Shown here: positions 9,387-20,072 of the stretch, in pieces
How positions within the stretch are numbered: position 1 is the first letter of the stretch
Layout of the letters: each line of letters starts with the position of its first letter
Assembly (NCBI GenBank): GCA_034670305.1
Contig: JAXMNT010000010.1
Span: 64,001 to 128,000 of the forward strand
Source: Deltaproteobacteria bacterium
GTDB lineage: Bacteria > Myxococcota_A > Polyangia > Polyangiales > Houyiibacteriaceae
Length of the DNA stretch: 64,000 bases
Direction: 5' to 3'
Made by a program: the position numbers and the translations under genes
Notes under the pieces: generated by a model
Told to the model about the DNA's origin: nothing
What the model saw: the letters and a program-made list of their open reading frames with translations, nothing else
Databases searched by the model: none

Positions 9387-10796
9387 TCACCTCATCTTGG
9401 CGCGGAGCACGACGATCATCTGGGCGTAGGTCGCGTTGCCGGCGTTCTCTTCGGCGAGCCGCTGGTAGAACGCGAGCGCGTGCGGGTGGTTGTTGTTGAC
9501 GACCAGCTCGGCAGCACGCGACTCGAGCGCGATCCGAACCCGGTCCCGCGCGAATGCTTCCAGCTGTTCGGGCGTGGTGTCTTCGGGCAGCCCTTCGGCG
9601 GTGGCGGCGCGGGCACGCTCGACGATCGCGGTCATCGCGGGCTCCACGGTGGTGCGCACCGCAGCCTCGCGTTCCTCCCGCTGTGCGCGAATCGCCTCGT
9701 TGGCGGCGCGCCTCTCCTGCGCCGCGATTTCGGCCTGCTGCTCCTGCATCTGCGCCCGCTGAATCACGGCGGCAGCGTACGCGGCTTCGTCTTCCTGGCT
9801 CTGCTTGTAGCTCACGATCGAGACGCCGACGATGGTCACGAGCACAGTCACGCCGAGCAGAATGAGGGTCCGCCGCGGGGGTAGCTCGAGCCCACTGCTC
9901 GGCGCGCTGCCGTCCGGGATGGGCGGCATCGCGAACTTCTTCGCTTCTTCGGCGGCTGCGCTCATGTCCATGCCGCGCGGAATGATGTCGGTGCTCGCGG
10001 GCGACCCCATCAAGGTCGGTCGCTGGTCCCCCATCGTCCCGCTGCCGACACCGATTCCAGGCGCGAGCGCGGGACCGGGCGGTGGCGGCGGCCTCGAAGG
10101 CGGCAACCCGAACGCTTCGGTGTCGAGGATCTGCGTGTGCATCTCGCCGTGGGGGGCCGCTGGTGCATCCGACCCGCCACCGCCGAACAGCGGTCCAACG
10201 GTCGGTGCGCCGAGTCTCGGCACATCCCCGGCCTTGCCACTGCCGCCGCCGAACACGGGGCGAGGCAGCGCGGCGCTCGGCGCCTCGAGCATCCGGGTGG
10301 ATTCGCCGTCGAGTGGGTTGTCGAGCGGGTTGTCACCCGGCGCAAGCATCTGGGTCGCGTCGTCGTCGTCGAACGCGCCGATCTCTGGGACCGGCGGCGG
10401 CACGGCGGGCATCGCCTGGGACTGAGCGCCGGGCGCCGCCGCAGGTGCGCCACCGGGCATGGCGATCGACTGCGAACTCTCCACCATCAGCGCAGCGCGT
10501 CCGAACTCGATGCGGCACGTGCCCGCGAGCTGCCGCCAGGACTGCACGCGTTCGCCATCGACCGTCATGTTCCCGGAGGTCGGGGGCGAGACCCACAAGC
10601 TGGTCCCGTCCCAGTACAGCTCGAAGTGCACCGGCAGCACGCCGTCGGCCTGGATGATCCAGCCGGCCGGAGGCGAGGATCCAACCGTGACGCGGGCCTC
10701 GGGGACTGCGCTGGAGAGATCCCACGTGCCGGCGGTGGAGTCGCCCTGCGCGAGCTGCACGCGAGCCCATTGCGAAGGTGTGGGGACCGGACCCAT
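9387..10796 (-). CDS. FHA-like domain / Pro-rich linker / single TM / helical periplasmic protein
   Basis: N-terminal VTVGS...GVLPVHFEL...VDGERV...IEFGRA resembles FHA. The linker has DDATQML, GESTRML and DQRPTLM Thr motifs. One TM segment. Confidence 0.7.
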   Translation of the reverse strand: MGPVPTPSQWARVQLAQGDSTAGTWDLSSAVPEARVTVGSSPPAGWIIQADGVLPVHFELYWDGTSLWVSPPTSGNMTVDGERVQSWRQLAGTCRIEFGRAALMVESSQSIAMPGGAPAAAPGAQSQAMPAVPPPVPEIGAFDDDDATQMLAPGDNPLDNPLDGESTRMLEAPSAALPRPVFGGGSGKAGDVPRLGAPTVGPLFGGGGSDAPAAPHGEMHTQILDTEAFGLPPSRPPPPPGPALAPGIGVGSGTMGDQRPTLMGSPASTDIIPRGMDMSAAAEEAKKFAMPPIPDGSAPSSGLELPPRRTLILLGVTVLVTIVGVSIVSYKQSQEDEAAYAAAVIQRAQMQEQQAEIAAQERRAANEAIRAQREEREAAVRTTVEPAMTAIVERARAATAEGLPEDTTPEQLEAFARDRVRIALESRAAELVVNNNHPHALAFYQRLAEENAGNATYAQMIVVLRAKMR

Positions 10797-10865
10797 GGCG
10801 GTCAGTACCTTAGCAGAACGTGGAACAAGTCACGGATTTCTTTGCAGACGATCACAGGGCGAACG

Positions 10866-12017
10866 CTAGTGGGAAGCCATGGGAGACGGCTCTCCGCCTT
10901 CGTCGATGGGGTTCTGCGCGGCGGCGTAGACCGCGGGCGGCAGTTCGTGGCCGAGGGCGCGGATCATCTCCAGGCAACCTGGGATGCGACCGGTCGGGAC
11001 GAACTCGGAGATGACTTTGCCCTCAGGATCGCGCCCGTGGTAGCGGCGGATGAAGACGTTGCCGAGCTGGTAGCCGTGCTCGAGGTGGTACCCGAGCACT
11101 TCGGTGATGTGGGTGACACATCGAGAGCCGTCGAGGAGTCGGGTGGTCTGCACGATGAAGTTGATCGCAGAGGCGATCTGGGCGCGCATCGCGACGAGCG
11201 GGATCTCGACATCGCTCATCATCGCCATGGTCTCGAGGCGGTTGAGCGTGTCGATCGGGTAGGTCGCATGAACGGTGCTCAGACAGCCACCGTGACCAGA
11301 CGTCATCGCCTGGATCAACTCGAGCGCTTCGCCGGAACGAATCTCACCGACGACGATGCGGTCTGGCCGCATTCGGAGGGTCGCCTTGAAGAGGTCGCGA
11401 ATCGTCACCTGTCCGCGTCCGCGTGGGTCGGGCGGCTGTGCTTCCATCTGCACGATGTGCGGCATCTGCAGCTGCAGCTCGCGCGCATCTTCGATGATGA
11501 CCACCCGCTCGTCGTCCCCCGCAAACGACGACAGACAGTTGAGGAGCGAGGTCTTGCCCGAGCCGGTGCCGCCCGCGACGATGATGTTTTGTTTGCAGGC
11601 CACCAGTGCCTGCATGACCTGGGCTGCGTCTTGCGTGAAGCTGCCAAAACTCAGCAGCTTCTCGATGGTCAGGGTGTCCTTGAAGAAACGACGAATCGCG
11701 ACGCTCGGCCCATCGGGCGATGCGGGCGGGATGACCGCTTCGACGCGGGAGCCATCCGGCAGGCGGGCTTCGAGAATTGGGTTCTCTTCGTTCAGTTGTC
11801 GGCCGACGAACTGCGAGAGGTTGCGCAGTGCGCTCATCAGCGCCTCGCGGGATGGAAACTTCGCGTCGGTCTTGTAGAGCCGTCCGCTCTTCTCGATGAA
11901 GATCTCGTCGGGCCCGTTGATCATGATCTCCGAGACACCCGCATCGTCCATGAACGGCCGGATGGGATCGAAGAACTTCAAGATCGTCTGTTCGAAGACT
12001 TCGCGCGGAATGGTCAT
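10866..12017 (-). CDS. cpaF: CpaF/TadA pilus assembly ATPase (copy 2)
   Basis: Walker [30 protein letters not shown] and GHGGCLSTVHA. Confidence 0.93.
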   Translation of the reverse strand: MTIPREVFEQTILKFFDPIRPFMDDAGVSEIMINGPDEIFIEKSGRLYKTDAKFPSREALMSALRNLSQFVGRQLNEENPILEARLPDGSRVEAVIPPASPDGPSVAIRRFFKDTLTIEKLLSFGSFTQDAAQVMQALVACKQNIIVAGGTGSGKTSLLNCLSSFAGDDERVVIIEDARELQLQMPHIVQMEAQPPDPRGRGQVTIRDLFKATLRMRPDRIVVGEIRSGEALELIQAMTSGHGGCLSTVHATYPIDTLNRLETMAMMSDVEIPLVAMRAQIASAINFIVQTTRLLDGSRCVTHITEVLGYHLEHGYQLGNVFIRRYHGRDPEGKVISEFVPTGRIPGCLEMIRALGHELPPAVYAAAQNPIDEGGEPSPMASH

Positions 12018-12718
12018 GAGCCTTGGCCTTGTGGCAGATCGCTGCCCGGGGGTGGGGGGTGGTGCGCCTCTGGGGTCCGCTGGAAGTTCTCGAGGTGTTC
12101 GATGCGTTCGATGCGCTCGATGCGATCGGTCTGAGGGCTCACCGGAAAGGGTGCGATCGTCGGGGTCAACGCGGCGCGGACTTCTTCCGCGTGCGACCCC
12201 TCGGGGGCGAGCTCGAGGTACCGCTCGAGAAGCGGGCGGCTCGCCGCCACGTTCTGCAGTGTGTCCCGGTGCAACATGCCGAGGGTGTAGTAGGGCACCG
12301 GCATCTCCGGCACCGCCGCGATGACCTTCTCGAGCTCTTCGCGCGCTTCCGGAATGTTGCCGAGCCCGATCTGGATCGTGGCGACCAGATAACGAAGCGC
12401 CCAGTCGTTCGGGTGGTCGGAGAGGTAGGGCTGGGCGTAGTGCAGGGCGGAGGCCAGACGCGCGGAAGCGATGCAGACCCGCAGCAACATCGGCATCGCC
12501 TCGGCCACCGGGTAGCCGCGTTCGATCGCGGCGGTGATGTACTGCTCAGCGCGCACATGGTCGCCCCGCTGCGCCAGACCCACCGCGTGGTTGTAGAGGT
12601 CCGTGCCTTCCACATCGTCGAGCGGGTCCGGCATGGGTTGTCGGCCTCCGCCGTTGAGGGGCGGGCCACAAGCGGCGGCAAGTCCGAGCGCCAGGGCGAG
12701 GGGAATGAGCACGCGCAT
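12014..12718 (-). CDS. TPR lipoprotein (TadD/pilotin-like)
   Basis: Lipobox AAAC, TPR-like helices, YLELAPEG motif. Stop overlaps the cpaF start. Confidence 0.75.
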   Translation of the reverse strand: MRVLIPLALALGLAAACGPPLNGGGRQPMPDPLDDVEGTDLYNHAVGLAQRGDHVRAEQYITAAIERGYPVAEAMPMLLRVCIASARLASALHYAQPYLSDHPNDWALRYLVATIQIGLGNIPEAREELEKVIAAVPEMPVPYYTLGMLHRDTLQNVAASRPLLERYLELAPEGSHAEEVRAALTPTIAPFPVSPQTDRIERIERIEHLENFQRTPEAHHPPPPGSDLPQGQGS

Positions 12719-12818
12719 CAGCGGGCACTATGCCGTGCGCGGCCAGCTGGATCCAGCGCTGCGGTGTGGGTGGGCTCGGCAGGATGGGAGGCCGGCGGAG
12801 GCTTCGACTCTTCCAGCC

Positions 12819-13406
12819 TCAGGCCCGTTGTTCTGCGTTCGGGGCTTGCTCTTCGCGGAGCAAGGGCTGCGCAAATTTCTCCGGGTACTTGCCCTTTTTG
12901 TCCGCGTAAAACGCACGGATCACATCCATGTCCGCGGAGATGTCGCCGGTCGGCCGAAGCGCCGGGCCGAAACCGCCTCGTTTCCGCGCGTAGTCGAGGT
13001 AGCCGAGGATGATCGGGACGTCCGCGCCCTCCGCGATGCGGTAGAAGCCCGACTTCCAGTATTCGACGCGACCCCGGGTTCCTTCCGCGGGCACCATGAG
13101 GATGAGGCCTTCGCTCGCTTCGAAGAGATCGCACATCTGCTGGACAGTGTTCCGGCGTTCGGAGCGTACGATCGGCACCCCGCCCCAGGCCTTCATCAGC
13201 CAGCCGAACGGGGGTTTGAAGATGGACTGTTTGCCCATCCACTTGATCTCGATCCCGTAGACGTACGCCAGCGCGAGCATGAGGGGCAGATCCCAGTTGG
13301 TCGTGTGGGGCGCGGCGATCATCACCGCCTTGGGTTCTGGGGAGAGCTCCCCTTCCTCTTTCCAGCCCATGGTGGTGAGAAGGAGTCGTCCGATGACCTT
13401 GCGCAT
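12819..13406 (-). CDS. Lysophospholipid acyltransferase (PlsC family)
   Basis: AAPHTTNWD (HX4D), AEGTRG, WKSGFY. Confidence 0.9.
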   Translation of the reverse strand: MRKVIGRLLLTTMGWKEEGELSPEPKAVMIAAPHTTNWDLPLMLALAYVYGIEIKWMGKQSIFKPPFGWLMKAWGGVPIVRSERRNTVQQMCDLFEASEGLILMVPAEGTRGRVEYWKSGFYRIAEGADVPIILGYLDYARKRGGFGPALRPTGDISADMDVIRAFYADKKGKYPEKFAQPLLREEQAPNAEQRA

Positions 13407-13529
13407 GGGGCAATCCTAGTACGAAACCAACGGGGGTCGCCGGTCATCGTTCCGTCACACCTGGCACCTGCGAGAAGAGCCCCGAGGTCTGGACCTCGAG
13501 GCTCGATTCTTTCCCGCGCTTGAGGCGCC

Positions 13530-14420
13530 CTACTCTGCGGTCCGGGTGTCCGCCTCACGCTCGTGCTGCGCCTGCGCGATGCGACGCGAGCGAACCAGGT
13601 AGTCGACGAAGGGATGCGGCTCCTCTTCGCCTTCCTGCAGATGTTCCGTGAGCTGCAGCAGCGCCGTGGTCTCGATCACCACCCGTTCCCAGTCGGCGAC
13701 CTCACGGGCATGGTGCAAACGAAGCCGGCGGGCGGCGTAATCTGCGTTGATCTGGTCGCGGAGGGTCGCCGCCGCGGCGGTCATCTCGGGCACCCGAGAG
13801 GCGTCCTCGCCACCGGCCGCCGCGTAACACGCGCGGGCCTGATCGTAGAGCGTCACGGCGGACACTCCGTCGCGCAGGTTGTAGCGGTAGCGGTCTCCGC
13901 GGCTGTGGGCGCTGTACTCGAGGTCGCGCGCCTCGCTCCCGGGCGGACAGGTCGCGTCTCCGAGGTCTCCGAAGAGGATGGGTGCGTCTTCGACCGGCGG
14001 TTCGGGCAACGACGACATGGTGTCCTGCGTCAGCAGGTAGCCACAGATGCCGATGCCGAGCACACCGGCGATCGCGATGACGGGGCTGACGCCGCCCTCT
14101 TTGCCGCCCTTCTTGTCGCCACGTTTGTTCGTGACGCGGACCCGCAGCGAACCAATGGCGAACTCGGCCCCCCACGGGACCATGCCGCTGTTGAACGCTT
14201 TGCCCTTGTACTTGGTCGGGGTGAGCGCGCCCTGTGAGGTCGAGACCCAGCACCCTTCTTTGCCGCGCGGTGCGATCAGAAGGTGTTCGAGTTCCAGCTC
14301 GGCCGCAGCCGGGATCGAGACGCCTGCGGTACCGGACTTGCCGACCGTGATCTGAGCGCCTTCGATTGGAAAACGTTCTTGCGTGCCGTCCTCTTTGACG
14401 ACTTCGACGAAAGCATCCAT
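13530..14420 (-). CDS. FHA-like domain membrane protein
   Basis: N-terminal ITVGKS...LELEHLLI resembles FHA. Followed by one TM and a helical C-terminal domain. Confidence 0.7.
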   Translation of the reverse strand: MDAFVEVVKEDGTQERFPIEGAQITVGKSGTAGVSIPAAAELELEHLLIAPRGKEGCWVSTSQGALTPTKYKGKAFNSGMVPWGAEFAIGSLRVRVTNKRGDKKGGKEGGVSPVIAIAGVLGIGICGYLLTQDTMSSLPEPPVEDAPILFGDLGDATCPPGSEARDLEYSAHSRGDRYRYNLRDGVSAVTLYDQARACYAAAGGEDASRVPEMTAAAATLRDQINADYAARRLRLHHAREVADWERVVIETTALLQLTEHLQEGEEEPHPFVDYLVRSRRIAQAQHEREADTRTAE

Positions 14421-14491
14421 CGGGGTTCCTTAACTGCCACCACCGAGAAGGTGGAGTGGGGTGGTGCGTGCGTCCTTCATGCGTGCGTCCT

Positions 14492-15394
14492 TCACAGGCC
14501 GGTGCTCAACCACTTGACCACGAAGGGTCCGAGCAGGAGAAGAAGGATGCAAACGAACATCATCATGAGGGGGCCCATCATCATCAGGCCCGCTTTGGCT
14601 GCCGATTCCTCGGCGCGGACACTGCGGCGCATGCGCAACATCCGGGCCTGAATCATGAGCACTTCCGCGAGTGGGGTGCCCTTCGCTTCCGCCTGAACGA
14701 CGGTGCCGACGAAGTCTTTGACCGCTTCGATCGGGACCCGCTCGGCGAGTCCTTCGAGCGCTTTGCGGCGCGTGTGGCCGAGCTCGAGTTCCTGAAGGAT
14801 GCGGGTCAGCTCTTCGACCAACACCGCATCGCGCGAGCTCGACTTCTCGACGATCTGGCGGAGCGCGCCCGGAAAGTCGAGGCCGGCACCCATACACAGA
14901 GACGCGAGGTCGATGGCGGTCGGGAGCGAGCGGCTCACGGAGAGCTGCCGTTCCGTCGCGACGCCGGTGATCTGCATCCACGGAAGGTAGGCCCCGAGCA
15001 GGAACGCGAAGATCGGGATGAGCGTGGGGAAGCCGCCCAGATACATCATCGCGACGCCGGTTCCGGCCATCATGACCGCGGAGACGACCGAGAGTCCGAG
15101 CACGTCGTTCGCGCTCAGTCCGAGGTAGTCGCCCGCGTACGTGATCTGCGCCTGAACGGCCTGGCGCGTCTTCGGGATCGGCAGTCCGGACATCCACCCC
15201 GACACGAGCCGCATGCCGGGCTCGACCGTCTTGAAGAGGCCGCCCTCTTCGAGCGCCTTCATGCGCTTGAAGCCCTTGCCACCGAGCTCGGGCCGCTCCG
15301 CGGGTGGGTTGCGGCCGAGGATGAACGCCAGGACGAAGAGCCCCACGCCGATGCAGACAAGCGCTGCGTAGCCGAATACCTGTGCAGGAGGCAT
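14492..15394 (-). CDS. tadC: TadC / type II secretion F-family platform protein
   Basis: LPTAIDLASLCMGAGL, QAEAKGTPLAEVL, RAEESAAKA. Start overlaps the tadB stop. Confidence 0.88.
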   Translation of the reverse strand: MPPAQVFGYAALVCIGVGLFVLAFILGRNPPAERPELGGKGFKRMKALEEGGLFKTVEPGMRLVSGWMSGLPIPKTRQAVQAQITYAGDYLGLSANDVLGLSVVSAVMMAGTGVAMMYLGGFPTLIPIFAFLLGAYLPWMQITGVATERQLSVSRSLPTAIDLASLCMGAGLDFPGALRQIVEKSSSRDAVLVEELTRILQELELGHTRRKALEGLAERVPIEAVKDFVGTVVQAEAKGTPLAEVLMIQARMLRMRRSVRAEESAAKAGLMMMGPLMMMFVCILLLLLGPFVVKWLSTGL

Positions 15395-16260
15395 TAGATG
15401 TCCACCGCGAGGATCTTGCGGGACCAGATGATCCCGAGCAGCCAGAGCGTGAGCGCTGCGGCCAGAATCATGTACCCGACGAAGTTGGTGGTGAGCGGCT
15501 CGAGCCAGGTGCGGTCGATCCACGTGAGCAGAAGGGTCATGCCGAATGGAAGCACCGCGAGCACCACCGTCTGGCCCTTGCCTTCTGCGGTCTTGGTCCG
15601 GACCACACCTTCGAGTCGCGCCATCTCACGAAGCGACGAGGCGGACGTCTCCAGGATCTTCGGCAGGTCGCCACCGGTCTGGCGGGCGATGACCAGCGTC
15701 GCGAGCGCGCCGCTCACCACCTGGCTGCCAATGCGCTCCGACGCGTTGAGGACCGCTTGGTCGAGCGGGGTGCCGAGTTGGTTCTCTTTCACCAAGAGGT
15801 CGAGCTCTTCGCTCATCGGCGGCTGCACGAGGTTGACGGTGGAGTTGATCGCTTCACCAATCGCCGGGGTCGCCTTGAGCGCGTTGGCGAGCATCAGCAG
15901 CCACCCATCGAGCTGAATCTCGAGCTTCTCGATGCGCTGCTTCTTCTTGCTCGAGAGGCTGGCAAAGGGCGCGATGCCGACCAGCGCCGCCGCCACGACC
16001 GCCAGGACTTCGCCGGTCGCGGCGAAGACCAGAAGCAAGATCGAGATGATGATCGCCTGGTTGCGAGCGATCTCCGCACCGGTCTGTTTCAAGAGAAGAA
16101 ACTTCACGTACGCGTCGAGCTTGGAGACGTAGATGGCCCACTGGGTCTTGAGCGGACTGTTGGGCAGCGAGATCGCCAGGTAGATCGCGAGGAAGGATCC
16201 GACCGCCATCAAGCCGATCGCCACCCACCCGCTGACTGGACTTGCGAAGAACTCGTTCAT
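15394..16260 (-). CDS. tadB: TadB / type II secretion F-family platform protein
   Basis: LANALKA, ARQTGGDLPKIL, VRTKTAEGK, with TM segments. Confidence 0.9.
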   Translation of the reverse strand: MNEFFASPVSGWVAIGLMAVGSFLAIYLAISLPNSPLKTQWAIYVSKLDAYVKFLLLKQTGAEIARNQAIIISILLLVFAATGEVLAVVAAALVGIAPFASLSSKKKQRIEKLEIQLDGWLLMLANALKATPAIGEAINSTVNLVQPPMSEELDLLVKENQLGTPLDQAVLNASERIGSQVVSGALATLVIARQTGGDLPKILETSASSLREMARLEGVVRTKTAEGKGQTVVLAVLPFGMTLLLTWIDRTWLEPLTTNFVGYMILAAALTLWLLGIIWSRKILAVDI

Positions 16261-17981
16261 CAGAGGTACTCCCCGTCGCCATCAACCAATCCGTAGGTGA
16301 TGAACTCATCGAGGAACGAGGGCAGGTAGCCGCTCGCTCGGTACTCACCGGTCACGGTCCCGTCTTCTTGGGTGCCGGTCCGGTGGTAGGCGAAGATGTC
16401 GTTGAGGATCCAGTCGCCCTTTTCGTCGAGCCCACTGACCTCGGTGATGTAGCTGACCCGGCGGGAGCCGTCGCTGAATCGGCTCTGCTGGACGATGAGG
16501 TGCACCGAGCCCGCGATCTGCTCTCGGATCGCGCGACCGGGTAGGTCGATGCCGCTCATGAGACAGAGCGTCTCGAGACGGGCGACCGCTTCGAGCGGAG
16601 AGTTCGCGTGGGTCGTGGTCATCGAACCTTCGTGACCCGTGTTCATGGCCTGGAGCATGTCGAGCGCTTCGCCGCCACGACACTCACCGACCACGATCCG
16701 GTCCGGACGCATACGAAGTGCGTTCTTCACGAGATCGCGAATCGAGAACTCGCCCTTGCCTTCCATGTTGGCAGGCCGGGTCTCGAGGGAGACGACGTGC
16801 GGCTGATCCAACCGCAGTTCCGCCGCATCTTCGATCGTGACCACGCGCTCGCGCATGGGAATGGCGGCGGAGAGGACGTTGAGCAGAGTGGTCTTGCCCG
16901 AGCCGGTGCCGCCGGAGATGACGACGTTCTTCCGTACCTGCACAGACCGCACGAGGAACGTGGCCATCCGCTGCGTCAAGCTGCCGAAACGCACCAGGTC
17001 CGCGATCCGGAGTGGGTTCTTCTGGAACTTACGAATCGTGATGCACGCGCCGTTGATGGCGAGCGGCTTGATGATCGCGTTCACACGCGAGCCGTCTTTG
17101 AGGCGCGCGTCCACGAGCGGGGTGGACTCGTCGATGCGACGGCCGAGCGGCGTGACGATGCGTTCGATGACCGCGCGCGCGGACTCGTCGTCCGTGAACC
17201 GCAAGTCGGTCGCCCAGAGCTTGCCGCCCTTCTCGATGTAGATCTTCGAGGGATGGACGACCATGATCTCTGAGCAGTCTTCGTCGGCGAGCAGCCGCTC
17301 GAGCGGGCCGAGCCCCAGCGCTTCGTCTGCCATCTCCCGCATGAACGCGTTCTTGTCGGCGTTCGGCGGGATGTCGTGCACGAGCTGCTGCAGGATGCGG
17401 CCAAGCGCGGCAAGCACCTTCGGCCGCATGGACGCGTCGTCCATGTTCGACCGATCGAGGCTCACCAGATCGAGATGGTCCAACAGCATCCGGTGCACCC
17501 GGCGTCGCAGCTCCGCTGCAATGTCGGCGGTGCCGCCCGCGATCTGGAGCACGTCCTCGCCGGCATCGTTCTTCACCGTCCGTTCGGTCGGATCCTTGTG
17601 CGGCTTGGCGGGTTTGGGCGGAGGTGCAGCGGCGGCGGGCGCGGCTTGCGGCGCTGCGGCCCTCGAAGGCGGTGGGTCACCAATGCGGCGCAGCCGGACC
17701 AGGTACGGTCCGATCTGGAGCGGAATGTTCGGCGGGGTGTCGACCTTGGATCGTTTGACACGCTGAGTACCCATCAGGGTCCCGTTCGCGCTTTGATCGG
17801 TGAGCTTGAACCCGCGCTCTGAGGGCTCGACGATCAAGTGCCGCCGGCTGACCTCGGGAGAGGGCAGCACGACGTGGCAACTTGGATCCCGGCCGATGAC
17901 GACAGGACCATGCGCCTGGATCGGCAGCTCCTCGACGCTTCCGTCGGGCATTTCGATCGACAGCAGGACTCCCGTCGTCAT
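16260..17981 (-). CDS. cpaF: FHA-fused CpaF/TadA ATPase (copy 1)
   Basis: Canonical FHA motifs IGR, VSRRH and SANGT at the N-terminus. [31 protein letters not shown] and TTTHAN in the ATPase. Confidence 0.95.
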   Translation of the reverse strand: MTTGVLLSIEMPDGSVEELPIQAHGPVVIGRDPSCHVVLPSPEVSRRHLIVEPSERGFKLTDQSANGTLMGTQRVKRSKVDTPPNIPLQIGPYLVRLRRIGDPPPSRAAAPQAAPAAAAPPPKPAKPHKDPTERTVKNDAGEDVLQIAGGTADIAAELRRRVHRMLLDHLDLVSLDRSNMDDASMRPKVLAALGRILQQLVHDIPPNADKNAFMREMADEALGLGPLERLLADEDCSEIMVVHPSKIYIEKGGKLWATDLRFTDDESARAVIERIVTPLGRRIDESTPLVDARLKDGSRVNAIIKPLAINGACITIRKFQKNPLRIADLVRFGSLTQRMATFLVRSVQVRKNVVISGGTGSGKTTLLNVLSAAIPMRERVVTIEDAAELRLDQPHVVSLETRPANMEGKGEFSIRDLVKNALRMRPDRIVVGECRGGEALDMLQAMNTGHEGSMTTTHANSPLEAVARLETLCLMSGIDLPGRAIREQIAGSVHLIVQQSRFSDGSRRVSYITEVSGLDEKGDWILNDIFAYHRTGTQEDGTVTGEYRASGYLPSFLDEFITYGLVDGDGEYL

Positions 17982-17984
17982 CTC

Positions 17985-19175
17985 TCAGTCTTCGGCGGGC
18001 GTGGTTCGCGGAGCGACGCCTTGCACACGGGGCTGTTCCATCAGTTCGACTTCATCCACGCCGCCGCGGTACTCCTCGTACAGACGAATGGCTTCTTGGA
18101 TGCGGTTGCGCTGCTGGAGCGGAATCGCGTTCACGACGCTCGGAACGATGAACATGAGCGCTTCGCTCTCTTCGAACCGGCGCGAGTGGCTGCCGAAGAG
18201 GGCACCGAGCACGGGGATCTGGCTGAGGCCGGGAAGGCCCGAGCGGTTGCGGCCCTCGGAGCGGGAGATGAGCCCACCGAGCACGATGGTCTGACCGAGC
18301 TCGAGGTTCACGATGGTGTTCAGGGTCGAGGTGGTTCTGCCAGGAATGCCGGTGCCGCGGTCGTCCGCGAGGTCCGACACGTTCGCCTGGATGCGAAGTT
18401 CGATGCGGCCGGTCTCCGGATCGTACCGAGGCTGGCACTGGATCTCGGTGCCGAACTCGATCTTCTGAACCTGGCCGGAGAGCGCGCCCTGCACCGCAAC
18501 GTTGATCTCGCCGCCAGCGCTGAACTGCGCATCGGTGCCGTTGGCGGTGATGAGCGCGGCCTGTCGGTAGAGGCGGGCCCAACCGTTGCTCTGTGCGATG
18601 TCGATGCGGGGGAGCGCCGACTGGAGCGCCAGCGTCACTTGGCTCTCGACTGACTCGCCGGTCGCCCACTGCGTCTGGATCTGCGCGGTGCTCTGGTTGG
18701 AGCCGATCGAGCCGGGGAAGTTGATGCCGATCGCGTGGCTGTAGGTGTCGGAGAGAAGGACGAAGTACAGGTCGAGACGGATGTTCTCGCGCGCTTGCAC
18801 GCCGCCCTGCTCTTCTTCGACTTCGCCGCCGGGCACCGTGATTCGGTACTGGACCTGGGAGCCGTCGCGCATGATGAGGAGAAGAGACGTGTCGCCGGGC
18901 CGCTGGCCGACGATGACGAATCGGCTCTGGTCGTCGGTGAGACGCACCTGGACGATGCCGCGCGCGCCTTCGGAGTAGGAGCGGACGCCGTCGGCAGAGA
19001 TGGTCTCTTGCTCACCCACTTCGACGGTCAGCTCGCGCGGTCCCTGCTGCTGGGCAGAGGCCATGCTGGCCGACGCGAGCACACACGCCGTGGCGAGCCG
19101 GAACAACGTCGTGCTGCCGGTGACACCACTGGCTCGCTTCGCGAGACTGCGCGCTGTCGGTTTTCTCGATTGCAT
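17985..19175 (-). CDS. cpaC: CpaC/RcpA-like secretin
   Basis: Signal peptide, pilus-formation N-domain (GQRPGDTSLL) and secretin C-terminus GLPGLSQIPVLGALF...FIVP. Confidence 0.85.
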   Translation of the reverse strand: MQSRKPTARSLAKRASGVTGSTTLFRLATACVLASASMASAQQQGPRELTVEVGEQETISADGVRSYSEGARGIVQVRLTDDQSRFVIVGQRPGDTSLLLIMRDGSQVQYRITVPGGEVEEEQGGVQARENIRLDLYFVLLSDTYSHAIGINFPGSIGSNQSTAQIQTQWATGESVESQVTLALQSALPRIDIAQSNGWARLYRQAALITANGTDAQFSAGGEINVAVQGALSGQVQKIEFGTEIQCQPRYDPETGRIELRIQANVSDLADDRGTGIPGRTTSTLNTIVNLELGQTIVLGGLISRSEGRNRSGLPGLSQIPVLGALFGSHSRRFEESEALMFIVPSVVNAIPLQQRNRIQEAIRLYEEYRGGVDEVELMEQPRVQGVAPRTTPAED

Positions 19176-19972
19176 CACTCGATCCTCATGATGGTTTCCA
19201 TTGTCTGTCGCCGACGCTGAATCTTCTGCCGGAACTCGGCTTCGATGAGGTCGGTGTCGGTCGTCTCGGGCACACCCTCGACGATGGCCACATCGTCGGG
19301 GTTTCGAAGCACGAGCTGCAGCAGCCCGCGGTCCCGCGCGTGGGTGAGCATGGTGGCCTGTTCGAGCGTCACCGCAAGGCTGACGTCTCGGCCGCGTCGG
19401 CTGGAGCTGGCCTGGTTCTCGTCGGCCTGGGTCTGGTCGGGACCACCGGTGTCGGTGCCGACCGCGAGCACGAGCACGTTCTGAAGCAGAGGCACGGTGA
19501 CGCGGGTCTCGTCGACGGATCCCGGCCGCGTGGCCGTGAGCAGCACATCCACGCGGTCGCCCGCACGGAGCAATCCACCGAACGCACTGGTGACACCGGT
19601 GCGAACGGTCATGGCACGCATGCCCTCGCGCAACAGGGTCGCCAGGTCGCGGCGCTCGCTGCCCGAGGTCGCCAGGTCGGACCACAACAAGGATTGGTTG
19701 GCACGAAGGGCGGCGTTCACGCGCACCCCGAGCACCCGACGCAAGTCGGAGACCCGCACGTGGCGATCCTCGACGTACGCTTCAGGGAGCGGTCGGGCAG
19801 AGACGTTGGTGTCGGTCAGGGGTTCCCCGATCGCCATGTCCGAGTTGACCATGAGGACTTCGATGGGTTCTCCACCAGCGGCCTCGGTTTCGAATCGACG
19901 CATGTACAGGCCGAAGAGAGCGACTCCGACGAGTGCGACGACTACAGCTGCAAGCAGCGCGGTCTTGTTCAT
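19175..19972 (-). CDS. cpaB: Flp pilus assembly protein CpaB/RcpC
   Basis: N-terminal TM, SAF-like domain, GMRAMTV, GDRVDVL, LLQNVLVLAVG, LVLRNPDD. Confidence 0.92.
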   Translation of the reverse strand: MNKTALLAAVVVALVGVALFGLYMRRFETEAAGGEPIEVLMVNSDMAIGEPLTDTNVSARPLPEAYVEDRHVRVSDLRRVLGVRVNAALRANQSLLWSDLATSGSERRDLATLLREGMRAMTVRTGVTSAFGGLLRAGDRVDVLLTATRPGSVDETRVTVPLLQNVLVLAVGTDTGGPDQTQADENQASSSRRGRDVSLAVTLEQATMLTHARDRGLLQLVLRNPDDVAIVEGVPETTDTDLIEAEFRQKIQRRRQTMETIMRIE

Positions 19973-20072
19973 TCTACCTCACCCAGCGTCTTCCAAAACC
20001 CCGTGTGGGGCCCGACGCGAAGGTACCTCAGACCGGGGGTGCGCGGAAGCGCGATCCGATCGTGAACGCGGT

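Noticed and set aside
13462-13477. TGGCAC as a sigma54 site (also at ~63870)
   Set aside because: No TTGC at the -12 position, and wrong orientation for the adjacent gene.
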